Notes under the pieces: model-generated
What the model was told of the DNA's origin: nothing
The model's input: only the letters and a program-made list of their open reading frames with translations
Databases searched by the model: none
Made by a program: the position numbers and the translations under genes
In this document: positions 11,117 to 24,136 of the stretch, one piece after another
Layout: every line of letters starts with the position of its first letter
Position numbering within the stretch: the first letter of the stretch is position 1
NCBI RefSeq assembly: GCF_963921235.1
Contig: NC_086108.1
Span: forward strand, 74,960,001-75,024,000
DNA length: 64,000 bases
From: Mobula hypostoma
Taxonomy: Eukaryota
Direction: 5' to 3'

Positions 11117-14100
11117 CCATAAGACCATATGACATAGGAGCAGAATTAGGTCATTTGGCCCATTGAGTCTGCTCTACCATTTAATCATGGTTCATTCTTT
11201 TTTTTCCCCTCCTTAGCTCCATTCAATGGCTTTTTCCTTGTAACCTTTGGTGCCGTGGCCAATTAAGAACCCATCAAACTCCACCTTAAATACACTCAAT
11301 GACCTCACCTCCATAGATGCCTGTGGTAATCAATTCCACAAATTCACCACCTCGGGCTAAAGAATTTCTCCGCATCTTAACAATTTATCAGCATCTCTGT
11401 CTTAAATTGATCACCCCTCTATCCTGATGCTATGCCCTCTTGTCCTAGACTCCCCCACCATGGGAAACATCCTTTTCACATCTACTCTGTCTAAGTCTTT
11501 CAACATTCAAAAAGTCTCAATGAGATTCCCCCCTTATCCTTCTAAATTCCAGTGAGTATAGACCCAGAGCCATCAAATGTTCTTCATTCCCAGAATCATC
11601 CTTGTGAAACTCCTCGGAACCCTCTCCAATGCAAGCACATCTTTTTTTAGATGAGGAGCCTAAAACTGTTCACAATACTCAAAGTGAGGTGTCATCCGTG
11701 CCTTATAAAACCTCAGCATCACACCCTTCTAGAATACACCTCTTGAAACAAATGCTAACATTGCATTTGCCTTCCTCACCATTGACTCAACCTGCAAATT
11801 AACCTTTAGAGTGTTCTGCACAAGGACTCCCAAGTTCCTTTGCATCTCAGAATTTTGGAATTTCTCCCTGTTTAGAAAATAGTCTGCAGATTTAGTTCTA
11901 CCAAAGTGTATGACAATGCATTTTCCAATATTGTATATCATTTGCCACTTTCTTGCCCATTCTCCTAATCTGTTTAGGTCCTTCTGCTGCCTTCCTGTTT
12001 CTTCAACAATACCTGTCCCACCACAGATCTTTGTATCATTTGCAAAGCTGGCATCAAAGCCATCTATTCCAAAACCTAAATCATTAACATGCAGCATAAA
12101 AAGAAGATGTCTTAACACCAACACCTGTGGAACACCATTGGTCACTGGAAGCTAACCAGAAAAGGATCCTTTTTTTCACCATCCCTTCCCACCGATCTCC
12201 CTCCCGGCACTTATCCTTGTAAGCGGAACAAGTGCTACACATGCCCTTACACTTCCTCCCTCACCGCCATTCAGGGCCCCAGACAGTCCTTCCAGGTGAG
12301 GCGACACTTTACCTGTGAGTTGACTGGGGTGATATACTGCGTCCGGTGCTCCTGATGCGGCCTTCTATATATTGGCGAGACCAGACACAGGCTGAGAGAC
12401 CGTTTCGCTGAACACCTACGCTCTGTCTGCCAGAGAAAGTAGGATCTCCCAGTGGCCACACATTTTAATTCCACGTCCCATTCCCACTCTGATATGTCTA
12501 TCCACGGCCTCCTCTACTGTCAAGATGAAGCCACACTCAGGTTGGAGGAACAACACCTTATATTCCGTCTGGGTAGCCTCCAACCTGATGGCATGAACAT
12601 TGACTTCTCTAACTTCCGCTAATGCCCCACCTCCCCTTCATACCCCATCCATTATTTATTTATTTTTTATTATTATTAATTTTTTTTTCTCTCTCTCCTT
12701 TTTCTCCCTCTGTCCCTCTCACTACACTCCTTGTCCATCCTCTGGACTTCACCCCTCCCCCTTTCTTTCTCCCTAGGCCTCCCGTCCCATGATCCTCTCA
12801 TATCCCTTTTGCCAATCAACTTTCCAGCTCTTCGCTGCATCTCTCCCCCTCCTGTCTTCTTCTATCATTTCGGATCTCCCACCCCCCGCCCCCCCCCCAC
12901 TTTCAAATCTCTTGCTATCTCTTCTTTCAGTTAGTCCTGACGAAGGGTCTCGGCCAGAACCATCGACTGTACCTCTTCCTATAGGTGCTGCTTGGCCTGC
13001 TGAGTTCACCAGCAATTTTTATGTGTGTTGCTTGAAATTCCAGCATCTGCAGATTTCCTCATGTTTACTTTTTTTTCCATACTAGCTGCCTCCTGCCAAT
13101 CAGCCAATGCTCTATCCATGCTAGTAACTTTCCTGTAATACCATGAGTTCTTAATTTAGTTAGCAGCCTCATATGTGGCACCTTGTCAAAGACCTTCCGA
13201 AAATCCAAATATACAACATCCACAGCATCCCCTTTATCTATTCTACTTGTAATCTCCACAAAGAATTCAAATGGGTTCATCAGGCAGGGTATTCCCTTAA
13301 GGAAACCATGCTCACTTTGTCCTATCTTATCCTGTGTCACCAAGTACTTCATAACTTCACCCTTAACAATTGCCTCCAACATCTTCCCAACAACTGAGAT
13401 CAGGCTAACTGGTCTGTAATTTCCCTTCTGCTGCCTTCCTCCTTTCTTAAAGAGTGGAGTGACATTCGCAATTTTTCAGTCCTCTAGAATCATGTCAGAG
13501 TCCAATGATTCTTGAAAGATCATTATTAATGCCTCCGCAATCTCTACCACTACCTTTTTCAGAATCCTGGGGTGCCGTTCTTCTGGTCCAGGTGACTTAT
13601 GCACTTTTAGGTCTTTCAGCTTTTTGGGCACCTTCTCCCTTGTATTAGTAACTGCACTCACTTCTCTTCCCTCTCACCCTTCAACATCTGGCACACTGCA
13701 AGTGTCTTTCCCATTGTAATCTGTAGTCAACATGCTAGCAACTGTTTGGAGACCTTTATATAACTGCTACCTGGGTCCTTTTACCCTTACAGTTTCTAAA
13801 CTGAACCCACAAGGATTCAAAATCTTTCGATCCTATGTCACTATTTTCTAATGATTTGATGTCATTCTTTACCAGCAGAGCCATGCCACCCCCTCAGACT
13901 ATCTTCCTATCCCTCCAATACATCATGTAACCTTGGACATTCAGCTCCCAACTACAACCATCCTTCAGTCACAATTCAGTGATGGCCACAACATCATACC
14001 TGACAATCTGTGATAGTACAACGAGATTATCCACCTTGTTTCTTATACTCCGTGCATTGAGATATAACTGTTTGAGTACTGTATTGGCTACCCTTTTAGA

Positions 14101-15270
14101 TTCTGCATTCCTAATGCACTGATACTCACCCTGCTGGCTGCAATTTTGTCCTATCATCTGCCTGCCTTTCCTAACAGCCTGACTGCACACTACCTTTGCT
14201 TTTTTTACCATCCGTCCTATCCTGAGTCCCTTCACTCTGGTTCTTATCCCCCTGCCAAATTAGTTTAAACCCTCCCCAACAGCTCTAACAAACCTGCCTG
14301 TGAGAATATCGGTCCCCCTCAACAGGTCATACCTCCCCCAGAAGAGATCCTAATGATCCAAGAACCTGAAGCCCCCCTCACCAGCTTCTCAGCCACACAT
14401 TTATCTGTTTCTACCCTCACTGGTGTGTGGCACAGGCAGCAATCCAGAAATTACTACCCTGGAGGTCCTGCTTCTCAGCTTTCTGTCTAGCTCTCTAAAT
14501 TTTCTCTTCAGGACATCTTTGCTTTTCCTTCCTATATCACTGGTACCAAAAATGTACCAAGACAACTGTCTGCTCTCCCTCCCTCCCTCCCCAAAATTCA
14601 TCTTAGATGTCCCTGACCCTGGCACTTGGGAGGCAACATAGCATTCGGGTGTCCCATTCAAGTCCACAGGACCTCCTGTCTGTTCTTCTTGAGTCCCCTA
14701 TTACTACTGTTGCCCTCTTCTCCCTCTTTCCCTTTTAAAACCACAGACCCATGCTCAGTGCCAGTAACCTGGTCTCCGTGGCATTCCCCGGGAAGTCATC
14801 CCCCACAAGAGTATCCACAGCGGTATACTTATTTTTGAGGGGAATGGCCACAGGCGTGCTCTGTGCTAACTGTCTATTCACATTTCCATTTCTTCTGACA
14901 GTCATCCAGCTACTCGCCTCCTGCAACTTGGGGGTGTCTACTTCCCTGTAACTCTGATCGATGATCTCCTCACTCTCCCGTACAAGCCGTAGGTCATCCA
15001 GCTGCTGCTCCAGATCCCTAACACGGTCTTCAAGGAGCTGCAGCTGGATGCACTTCATGCAGATGTGGTTCCCTGGGAGACTCTGGGTCTCTCAGGACTC
15101 CAACATTCAGCATGAAGAACACACTGTTTACTACACTAACTACCCTTCATACAGTAAGAAAACAGGAAACTTGACAGAAACTTACCCGGACAACTTACCC
15201 AGAATCAATACCTCTTCTGAGCAAAAGCCTCCTTTAAGCCAAAGCCTGACACTCCCACTCCCAACAATGT
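11117..15270 (-). mobile_element. Degenerate near-full-length CR1-clade LINE interrupted by a Penelope element
   Basis: ORF1 remnants (CIQLQLLEDRVRDLEQQLDDLRL, GTSDIGRK), endonuclease start YLNARSIRNK, RT VDVVYLDFRKVFDKVPH and GVPQVLVL..FANDTKI. Confidence 0.85.
12176..13062 (+). mobile_element. Penelope-like element, 3' part (GIY-YIG endonuclease remnant, pseudo-LTR, decayed hammerhead)
   Basis: FTCELTGVIYCVRCS*CGLLYIGET-type motif; hammerhead remnant at 12932-12969; highly similar to 56110-56997. Confidence 0.85.
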
Positions 15271-15764
15271 CCACTCCAACAATGGCTGCTCCACTTCTCC
15301 TGTACTTTCTCGGCCACCGGAATGACACTGAACACCCTGCCTCTATCATGTCTGTCCTTTTCATAATTTTATTTGTTTCTTAAAGGTCTGGTGAATTCCA
15401 GAGAGTATGGTCTAAGTGATTCAATTTCTCCTCAAAGACTAAACCCTCCATCTTTGGAATCAACCTGGTGAGCTTCCTCTGCCTATCTCTAATACTAGCA
15501 TATGGGGTATGGAGTATGGGGTGAAAGCAGGGGAGTGGGGATGACTGGAAGAATTGGATCAGCCCACGATTGAATGGCAGAGCAGGCTTGATGGGCCGAA
15601 TGGCCTACCTCTGCTCCTATATCTTATGGTCTTACATATTTCCTCAAGGAAGGAAACCAGCACTACACACAGTACTCCAGGTGTGGCCCCACCAGTACCC
15701 TGTACAATTGCTGCATAACGTTCCTGCTCTTAACTTTAAATCCTTTATTCAATTCAATTCAAGT

Positions 15765-16590
15765 TTAATTGTCGTCTAAACATATATGAACACTCATGAA
15801 TACAGCCAAATCAGACAACATTACTACAGAGTCAAGGTGCAATGACATATTTCCAACAGTTACACAGAGTAAGCACACACAAGATCCCAATCACATAATG
15901 AGAGTCCCGTCACCCACCTCCCCACCACGACGCCTCAGCTTGATGCATACAAGGCAACAAACCCATATAGAATATCAGTAAAAATACAATGACACAGAAT
16001 ATGTATATGTACATTGTTCAGACCCCTAGCTCACTGACATCATCTGTCAACTGGCCTCCGATGCCTGTTAGGCGACACCATGGCTTTGAGGCCTAGTCCT
16101 TGGCCTGATGCTCGACTCCCTCTGTGTGAATCTGTGGCTTTGAGGCGTAATCCTCGCATATACAAGTACGTATAGATTAGTAAAAACACAACCAGAAAAA
16201 TATGTATGCATATAGTCCAGACCCCTCAGTCCAGTTTAAATCTTCAGTTGCCACAACTGCGCTACATCATCCTCGGTAGAAGGTGATAGCTCAGACGCCT
16301 CTCCTTCTCCGGCTGAAAAGAAAGTGACCCTGAAACTTGACCCCTGAGTTCATTGACTCCAAATAATCTGTAATCGGCCACAACAGAGCTTTTCTTTTGT
16401 CGAGCGAAACTCTGGGAGGGCATCTCTGACTCCGTTTGGACACCGCACGACACTGCCCTGGTGAAATGCAACAGCTTCAGCCCCTCACTCTGAGCAGCTG
16501 CAAACAGGTGACACCATGGCTTTAAGCCTAGTCCTCCCTACAGCTGAAGACTAAGGCCCCTCCATCCGCCCCCGCTTGCATCCAATAAAT
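15765..16590 (-). mobile_element. Non-coding retroelement remnant with (TTGAA)n tail and internal repeats
   Basis: 3' end similar to the 10223 element; tggctttgaggc-tagtcct-like motif at ~16081, 16135 and 16518. Confidence 0.5.
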
Positions 16591-17117
16591 CAACAAATTG
16601 AACTTTAGCAATGAAGGCCAAAATTCCTTTGCCTTCTTTCTGCCCCTCAAATCAACCATCTGCAATTCATGTAAAAGCACTGTGCAACAGCATGAAGCAA
16701 ACTTCCATTTAAATAATAATCTGATTTTCCACTTACCTCTAAAATGGATGACCTCACCTTTACCAATATTGTACGCTATCTGCCAAATTCTTGCCCACTC
16801 ACTCAACCTCAGTTAACCTGCAGACTCTGCACAGCCTCTGCACAGTCAGCTTCTGTACTCAATTTAGTGTCATAAGCAAACTTAAAATGCTACACTCAGT
16901 CCCCTCTTCCGCACTGTTAGATAACATCATGAGCAGCTGGTGGCTGAGCACCAACTTCTGTGGTACTCTGCTCACCACTGACTGCCAACCAGAGGAACAC
17001 TCATTTAAACCAACATTCTGCCTTCTTTTGGTTAGCTAATCCTCTACCGTTGCTAATACATTACCCACAACTCTCTGTAGAATCCGAAATAGAATCACGT
17101 TTAATATCACGGGTTAA

Positions 17118-18110
17118 CTTCCGGTTAAGATGACACTACCGAATGAGTGCGACATCTCTCTGGTAGTTAAAAAGATATTATCTGACTAAAAACATCACTG
17201 AAAATAACTTCTCTGAGGTATTTTGTGTTAAATTATCACCACAAACAGTGAAAGGGCAATCCACGGTGAGGTGTATTCAGGGGACACGCCAAGATAGTGT
17301 GTTGCAGAATTGTTGCAGATGGAGTTCTGATGCCCATATGACTGGCTCGGGTGCAAGGTTGGATCATTCTGGGCACCAAAAGGAGAAGTCAGGGTCTGGG
17401 CAGGGGAGATTTGGTGCCATAGAACTGGTGCAGGTGTGAGGTTGGATTCCTCTGGGCATCAAGCTGATTTGAAGAGCTTGGCAATGATTTTGGGATGGGC
17501 CCAAAGTGACTTGATGGATGGAGTGTTCTAGGCCTTTCGCTGCAGCCGGATCCTAGTGTAAGGTATGATTTGCTGTTTAGGCAACTTAAATGCCGGCCAG
17601 ATTGGATGCAAGAGCTGATTTTACTTGCTCTTCCTGGTGGCCACTCCTCTCTCCAGGGCACAGGAGCCTTTCATTGTCCGTTGTTCGGTCAATTTAAACG
17701 CTGGCCTAGATAGACTGAATAGGCAGGTTATCGGGATGTGGGACAAGAGCTGATTTCACTTGCTCTCCGCAATGGTCATTCCTCTCTCCATGGCGCTGAG
17801 GCTATGAAGACTGTCCCGGCTGCTGTAGCCTACTAATATGATGAACTGATAAGTGAGGCTTTGGGCCTACTCTGGGCTGCGATCTAAGGACTCAATTTTA
17901 GTTCAGAATGTTGTTGTTCGCTTCAACTTTTTGCATGATCTGTATTTTTTTCTTTCTCTTGTGCATCAAGTATTGGTCTTCAATTTTTATTTTTATTCTT
18001 TTTTCTTTAATTGGGTTCTTTGAGGTTTCTTGCTTTGAGGCTACCTGTGAGCAAGTAAATCTCAAGGTTGTATAATTGATACATTCTTTGATAATAAATG
18101 AATTTGAATG
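17118..18110 (+). mobile_element. Non-coding retroelement remnant with AAGATG(G/A)C head
   Basis: Starts CTTCCGGTTAAGATGACAC and ends AATAAATGAATTTGAA; internal duplication of ~17570-17665 at ~17690-17800. Confidence 0.45.
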
Positions 18111-18229
18111 TGTCATGAAATTTGTTGTTTTATAGCAGCAGTACCTTGCAATACATAATAATAAAAAAATAAATAAAATATAATAGTATATATATGCCGT
18201 TTATATCAAATTAAATTAAACAAGTAGTG

Positions 18230-19890
18230 CTAAAATAGAGGAAAAATAGTGAGGTAGTGTTCATGGATTCATTATCTATTCACCAATCTGATGGCAGAGG
18301 GGAAGAGGTGATTCCTGAAACATTGAGTGTGTTTCTATAGGCTCCTGTACCACCTCCTTGATAGTAGCATTAAGAAGAGGGCATGTCCTGGGTGATGGAT
18401 GCTGCCTTTTTGAGTCATTACGTTTGGAAGGTGTCCTCGATCTGGGGAGCCTAGTGCCCATGAAGGAACTGGCCGAGTTTACAACTTGCTGCAGCTTTTT
18501 CCATTCCTGTGCAGTGGCTCCTCCATACCAGGTGGTGTTGCAACCAGGTAGAATGCTCCCCATGGTACATCTGTAGAAATTTGAGAGTGCCTTTGGTCTT
18601 TCTCCTTAAACTCCTAATGAAATATAGTATCTGACATATCTTCTTTGTAATTGCATCAGTATGTTGGGCCCAGGATAGGTCTACAGAGATGTTGGCACCC
18701 AGGAACTTGAAACTGCTCACCCTTTCCACTGCTGATCCCTTGATGAGAACCGGTGTGTGATATCTTGACTTCCACTTCCTGAAATCCACAATCACTTCCT
18801 CGGTCTCACTGACACTGAGTGCAAGGTTCTTATTGCAACACTACTCAATCATCTGATCTATCTTGCTCCTGTATGCCTCCGCATCACCATCTGAAATTCT
18901 GTCACATTAATTTATAGATGGTGTTTGAGCTGTGCTTAGTCTCTCTTGGGTGTAGAGAGACTAGAGCAGTGGGCTAAGTACTCATCCTTGAGGTGTGTCA
19001 GTGTTGATTGTCAGCAAGAAGATGTTATTTCTGATCCTAGTGAAGAAGTCAAGGATCCAGTTGCAGAGGGAGGTACAGAGGCCCCGATTTTGGAGCTTGT
19101 TGATTAGACCTGAGAAGATGATTGTGTTGAATGTCATCAGTAAACAGCAGCCTGATGCAGGCCTTGCTATTCTCCAGGTGATGCAAGGCCAAATGCAGAG
19201 CCAGTGAGATTAGCTGTAGACCTATTGTGGCAATAGGCAAATTGCAGTGGGTTCATGTCCTTGCTTAGGCAGGAGTTGATTCTAGCCATGATCCCCAGCC
19301 TCTCAAAGCCCTTCATCTCAGTAGATGACAGAGCAATTGGGCGATAGTCATTGAGGTAGTTCTCCCTGCTTTTCCTGGGCACTGATAAGGTTGTTTCCCT
19401 TTTGAAGCAGGTAGGAGCCTCCAAGTGGAACAGTGAGGGGTTGGAGTTGTCCTTGCTAGTTGGTTAGCACGGGTTTTCAGAGCTCTACCAGGTAAACCTG
19501 ATACCTTGTGAAGGTTCACCCTCTTGAAAGAAGTTCTGATGTTGGCCTTTGAGACAGTGACCACAATGTCACCAAATGTTGCAGGGATTTGCACAGGTGT
19601 ACTTTTATTCTCCCTTTCAAAGTGTGCATAAAAAGCACTGAACTCATCCGGGAGTGAAGCATCACAGCCTTTCATGATGTCAGGTTTTGCTTTGTAGGAA
19701 GTAATGGTCTGCAAACCCTGTCAGAATTACTTGATAGCCTTCCGTAGGTCATATCTAGACCTCTTGTATACTTTTGGACTACTGGTCATGAACATCACAT
19801 ATCTAGCCCTCAGTAGACTACTAATCTCTTGGTTCATCCACAGCTTTTAATTTGGGTAAGTCTGGTTTGCACAATAAGGCAGACACTCAC
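18230..19890 (-). mobile_element. Degenerate Rex1/Babar LINE
   Basis: LNDYRPIALSSTEMKGFERL, MNPLQFAY and VERVSSFKFLG motifs. Confidence 0.85.
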
Positions 19891-21911
19891 CCACACATCC
19901 TCATCCTTAACAGCAAGGGTCCAGATACCAATCCTTGTGGGATACCACTAGATACAGGCATCCAATCACAAAAATAAAACAACCCTCAGCAATCACTCCC
20001 CTTGAGGTTTTACATATTGCATCAAAAAGCTTTCCTGGTCATACCTCAAAAAATTCTCCCTCCTCTGAGTCTTTAACACTAAAGCAATCCTAGTTAATAT
20101 TTATAAGAAATTATCCCTCAATAACCTTATTTGTATTTCATCTCTCTTATATCTACCTACCTATCTCTTCCCCTGATTCCTCTATCATTGGGAGGTTTGT
20201 AATACAATGCATTAGAATCTGTAATGATAAACAGATGCTGGAGATCCAACACAACACATACAAAGTACTGGGGGACTCAGCAGGTCAGGCAGCATCATTG
20301 GAAATGAATAATTAGTCAACAGTGCACCGAAGAAGGGAAATTCAGAATCTGTAATTATTTATTCAGTCCCCTGGACCCTACATTATGTTGTAATTGTTTT
20401 CTATTGATAGTCTATTCCAGCATAAGCAGAAGTGAAATGTTGCATTGAAGTATCCATCAACAAAGTTGTGAAAATGTTGGTGCTGATCTGCCACAAGCGT
20501 TCTGAGGAATGCCTTAGCCACAGCATCTTATATATGTTGAAGTAATCCAAAGGTTAAGTCCACCAACAGAAGGCCATCTAGCTGCTATTTGGCAATCCAT
20601 TTGCTTTTTGGAACATCAGCACTCTGGTGGGAGTGTTGTTGAGATTGCCCTCAATGGTGACTTCCAACATTGAGTCTGCCAGCCAGATTCAACTTAGTTT
20701 ATTGTCGTATGCACTGGAGTGCAATGAAGTTCCTTGCTTGCATGAAGTTGATAGGATAAGCAGTATGCTTGGTAATAATTAAGACAACAATAAATACATG
20801 GAGTGCAAATCTGAGAATAAAATGCTGAAGTGACAGTAACAGAATAACTGAGAGAGGACGAGTTAAGAGGACAAGGATGTGGCAGTGTCACTAGGAAGGG
20901 GTTGTGAAAGAGATGATGGGTTTAGAAGTCTTTTAGTAGTGGCGAGGAAGATTTCTTGAGTCTTGGCATCCTTGCTTTGAAGCTCCTGTACCTTTTCCCA
21001 GACAGCAGATGGAAAACGAATCCGCCTTTCATACCGCCTTTACAGGATGGATCAATCCCATGTTTTGCTTAGACCACATCTTTGCCCCACCAATTACATC
21101 GACCTTATGGATCCCATTTCATTTGATGTAAGAGATCCTATCTGTGCAAGGGTATTAACACAGTTGATTTATAGCATCTCTAGCCCATGCTCCATCCTTG
21201 GAGCCCTATTATGATGTCACAGGACTTAAAGATTAAGTTTTGCAGATTAAGTTCCCCTGAGACCCAGGACTATTTACTCCAGATTTAACACATCCAGAAT
21301 CTCAGTGCATAAAGTTAACCTGAATTTGTAACATTCACATTTGTCTCCACTTAACCAGCATATTCACGTAACTGGGGAAACACTTGTACTGATAACAGAA
21401 TAAATAGCTCTATTCTTGGCGGAATGCACTGACTGATGTTGTCCCACACTAAGTGATCGGCTATTGTTTGCATTGAAAGATAATGGTGGGGTTATAGCTA
21501 TACCACAAGAGAGCCACAAAATTGGGAACATTTGATTATTTGGTCTCCAAAAGTCAAAATTTATGGGTCCAAGAAGAAATTAAACTGACAAAGTTTAATT
21601 TTCTCTGAACTTCTGAAGATTTGATGGTCTGCAAAATAAATGAGAGCAGTTGAAATTATCTGGGCAGAAAAGTAATCTTTGCCCCATGCATTTAGAGAAA
21701 GTAGTAACCAAAGGTGGGGGGTGTGGGGAGAACTCTTCAGTTGTGGTAAGAAGCCATTAAAAGTTATTAGATGCCCACTGTGTTTATAAGAAGAAACACT
21801 GTTGTGCAGATACACAGTTGTCTGCGATATTTATTTGTAGTTCAGAAATGTCTTTCAACACTTTTACTTCCATCATGTGAAATCCAATGGCCATTTGAAT
21901 ATTCAAGCAAT

Positions 21912-23460
21912 ATAAGACTATAAGACTTGGAGCAGAATTAGGCCATTCAGCCCATTGAGTCTGCTCTGCCATTCCATCATGGCTGATTCCGGATCCCACT
22001 CAACCCTATACACCTGCCTTCTCGCCATATCCTTTGATGCCCTGACCGATCAGGAAACCATCAATTTCCACCTTAAATATACCCATGCACTTACCCTCCA
22101 CAGCAGTCTGTGGTAGAGCATTCCAAAGACTCACTACTTTCTGGCTAAAGAAATTCCTCCTTACCTCTGTTCTAAGAGATTGTCCCTCAATTTTTCAGGC
22201 TGTATCCTTTAGTTCTGCATACCCCTACCATAGCAAACATCCTCTCCACATCCACTCTATCTAGTTCTTTCAACATTCGGTAGGTTTCAAAGTGGTCCTT
22301 CCGTATTCTTCTAAATTCCAGTGAGTACAGGCCCAAAGTTGCCCCTTCATATGTTAACCCCTTCATTTCTGAAATCAGCTTTGTGAACCTCTTCTGGCAA
22401 AGGCAATACTTCCTTTTTGAGATATGGGGCCCAAAACTGTTGACAATACTCCAAGTGTGGCCTGACTAGTGTCTTATAAAGATTAGATTAGATGAGATTA
22501 TGAGAACACTCAGTCCTCTTTTATTGTCATTTAGAAACGCATACATGCATTAAGAAATGATACAATGTTTCTCCGGAGTGATATCACAGAAAACAGGACA
22601 AACCAAAGACTAACACTGACAGAACCACATAACATATAGTTACATAGTTACCATGGGCACGGTAAATAAAATCTCAAAAGTCCCGGAGTCGATCGACTCC
22701 CAAGTCCCCGATAGCAGTGGCAAAAGGGAGGAACTCCCTGCCATAAACCTCCAGGAACTGTCAACTTGCCGATGCCTTGGAAGCAGCCGACCACAGCCGA
22801 CACTGAGTCCATCCGTCCGAAAACTTCGAACTTCCGTCCAGCCTCTCTGATACAGCCTCCCGAGCGCCATCCTCTGCTGAGCGCCTTTGACCTCGTGCCG
22901 GCCGCTGAAACACACAAAGCCAAGGACTTTGAGGCCTTCTGCTTCGGAGATTCCGGTTACCACACAGTAGCAGTGGCAGCAAAGCGGGCATTTCAGAAGT
23001 TTTCCAGATGTTCCTCTGCACCCTCATGTCTGTCTCCATCAAATCAGGATTGTGCACGGTCCCCTACTTGACAGATAACAGACATCACCACCGAAGTGGC
23101 CGCGTGCGCTGCCATCGCGCCGCCATCTTCTCCTCCCAAGATTCAGCATTATCACCCTACTTTTATATTCTATTCCCCATGAAATAAATGCCAACATTGC
23201 ATTTGCCTTCTTTAACACAGACTCAACCTGTAAATTAACTTCTGGGATTCTTGCACGAGGATTCCTAAGTCCCTCTGCTCCATTGATATTTGCACCTTCT
23301 CCCCATTTAGATAATAGTCTGCACTATTGTTCCTTTTATCAAAATGCATTATCATACATTTCCCAACACTGTACTCCATCTGCCACTTTTATTACCCATT
23401 CTTCCAATTCCTGCTGCATTTTCATTGTTTCCTCAGCACTACCTACCCCTCCACCTACCT
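21912..23460 (-). mobile_element. CR1-clade LINE 3' fragment hosting a nested non-autonomous element
   Basis: Similar to the CR1 3' ends at 11117-12000 and 44978-45930. Confidence 0.8.
22485..23137 (-). mobile_element. Non-autonomous ~650-bp retroelement, copy 1, (TAATC)n tail
   Basis: 5' GGGAGGAGAAGATGGCGGCG; TSD AAGATT (22479-22484, 23138-23143); similar to copies at 49.0 and 61.0 kb. Confidence 0.85.
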
Positions 23461-24081
23461 TTAAGGTTCTCAAGGGTAGTAAATGAAATTAAGGTTTGGG
23501 CCAAGATGTTTGTTTGCTGATAACATTTGCCAAACAAACATATTTTAGTGTACAGCCTTGCTATTTTATAGAATTTCTTGGCTAAATTTAATTTCACTTT
23601 TTCTTTGCCCATCAACAAGCCAGCCATTGTGCATACTTTCTCTCTTTACACAGGGTGGTGGGTATAGTGTAGGGTGGGTGCGAGCTCAGAATGTGTTCCA
23701 AAATTCACTACAGGTAGCTTTCTAAATACTTAATTGTCACACACCATTTATGATCCTTATGGTGGAAAGTATATTTTCTGATGTTGACTTTTAAGTTAAA
23801 ATACAGAAATGATGAATGAATTAAGCTGCATTAATTGCTGACCCTTTGCAGTTGTGGGTAAAAGTAGCATGAATGCAATATTGTTAGAAGTTACCTATGT
23901 GCCCTGGAGAGTTGTTTATAGCACTTGAGGAGAATTACAATATTATTTTAATAAAAATGGGACAGTTAGTTCCTTCTGTTGTGGAATGTACCCTGGTTAA
24001 TTGTATCCTAAATTCTGACAGTTCAAGAAAATAATTAAAGAGCTCACAGGAGAGCATTCCAAGTAAAATATTTACACTTAC

Positions 24082-24136
24082 CCTTCTGTAAAAACCTGCT
24101 TCAAATTAAGAGCATGTAACATGTTTGTGTCGAAAC
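24082..24136 (-). CDS. Weak candidate 55-nt exon (xFDTNMLHALNLKQVFTEG)
   Basis: Acceptor tttgagatttccag and donor AAGG|gtaagt in unique sequence; no recognised homology. Confidence 0.25.
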
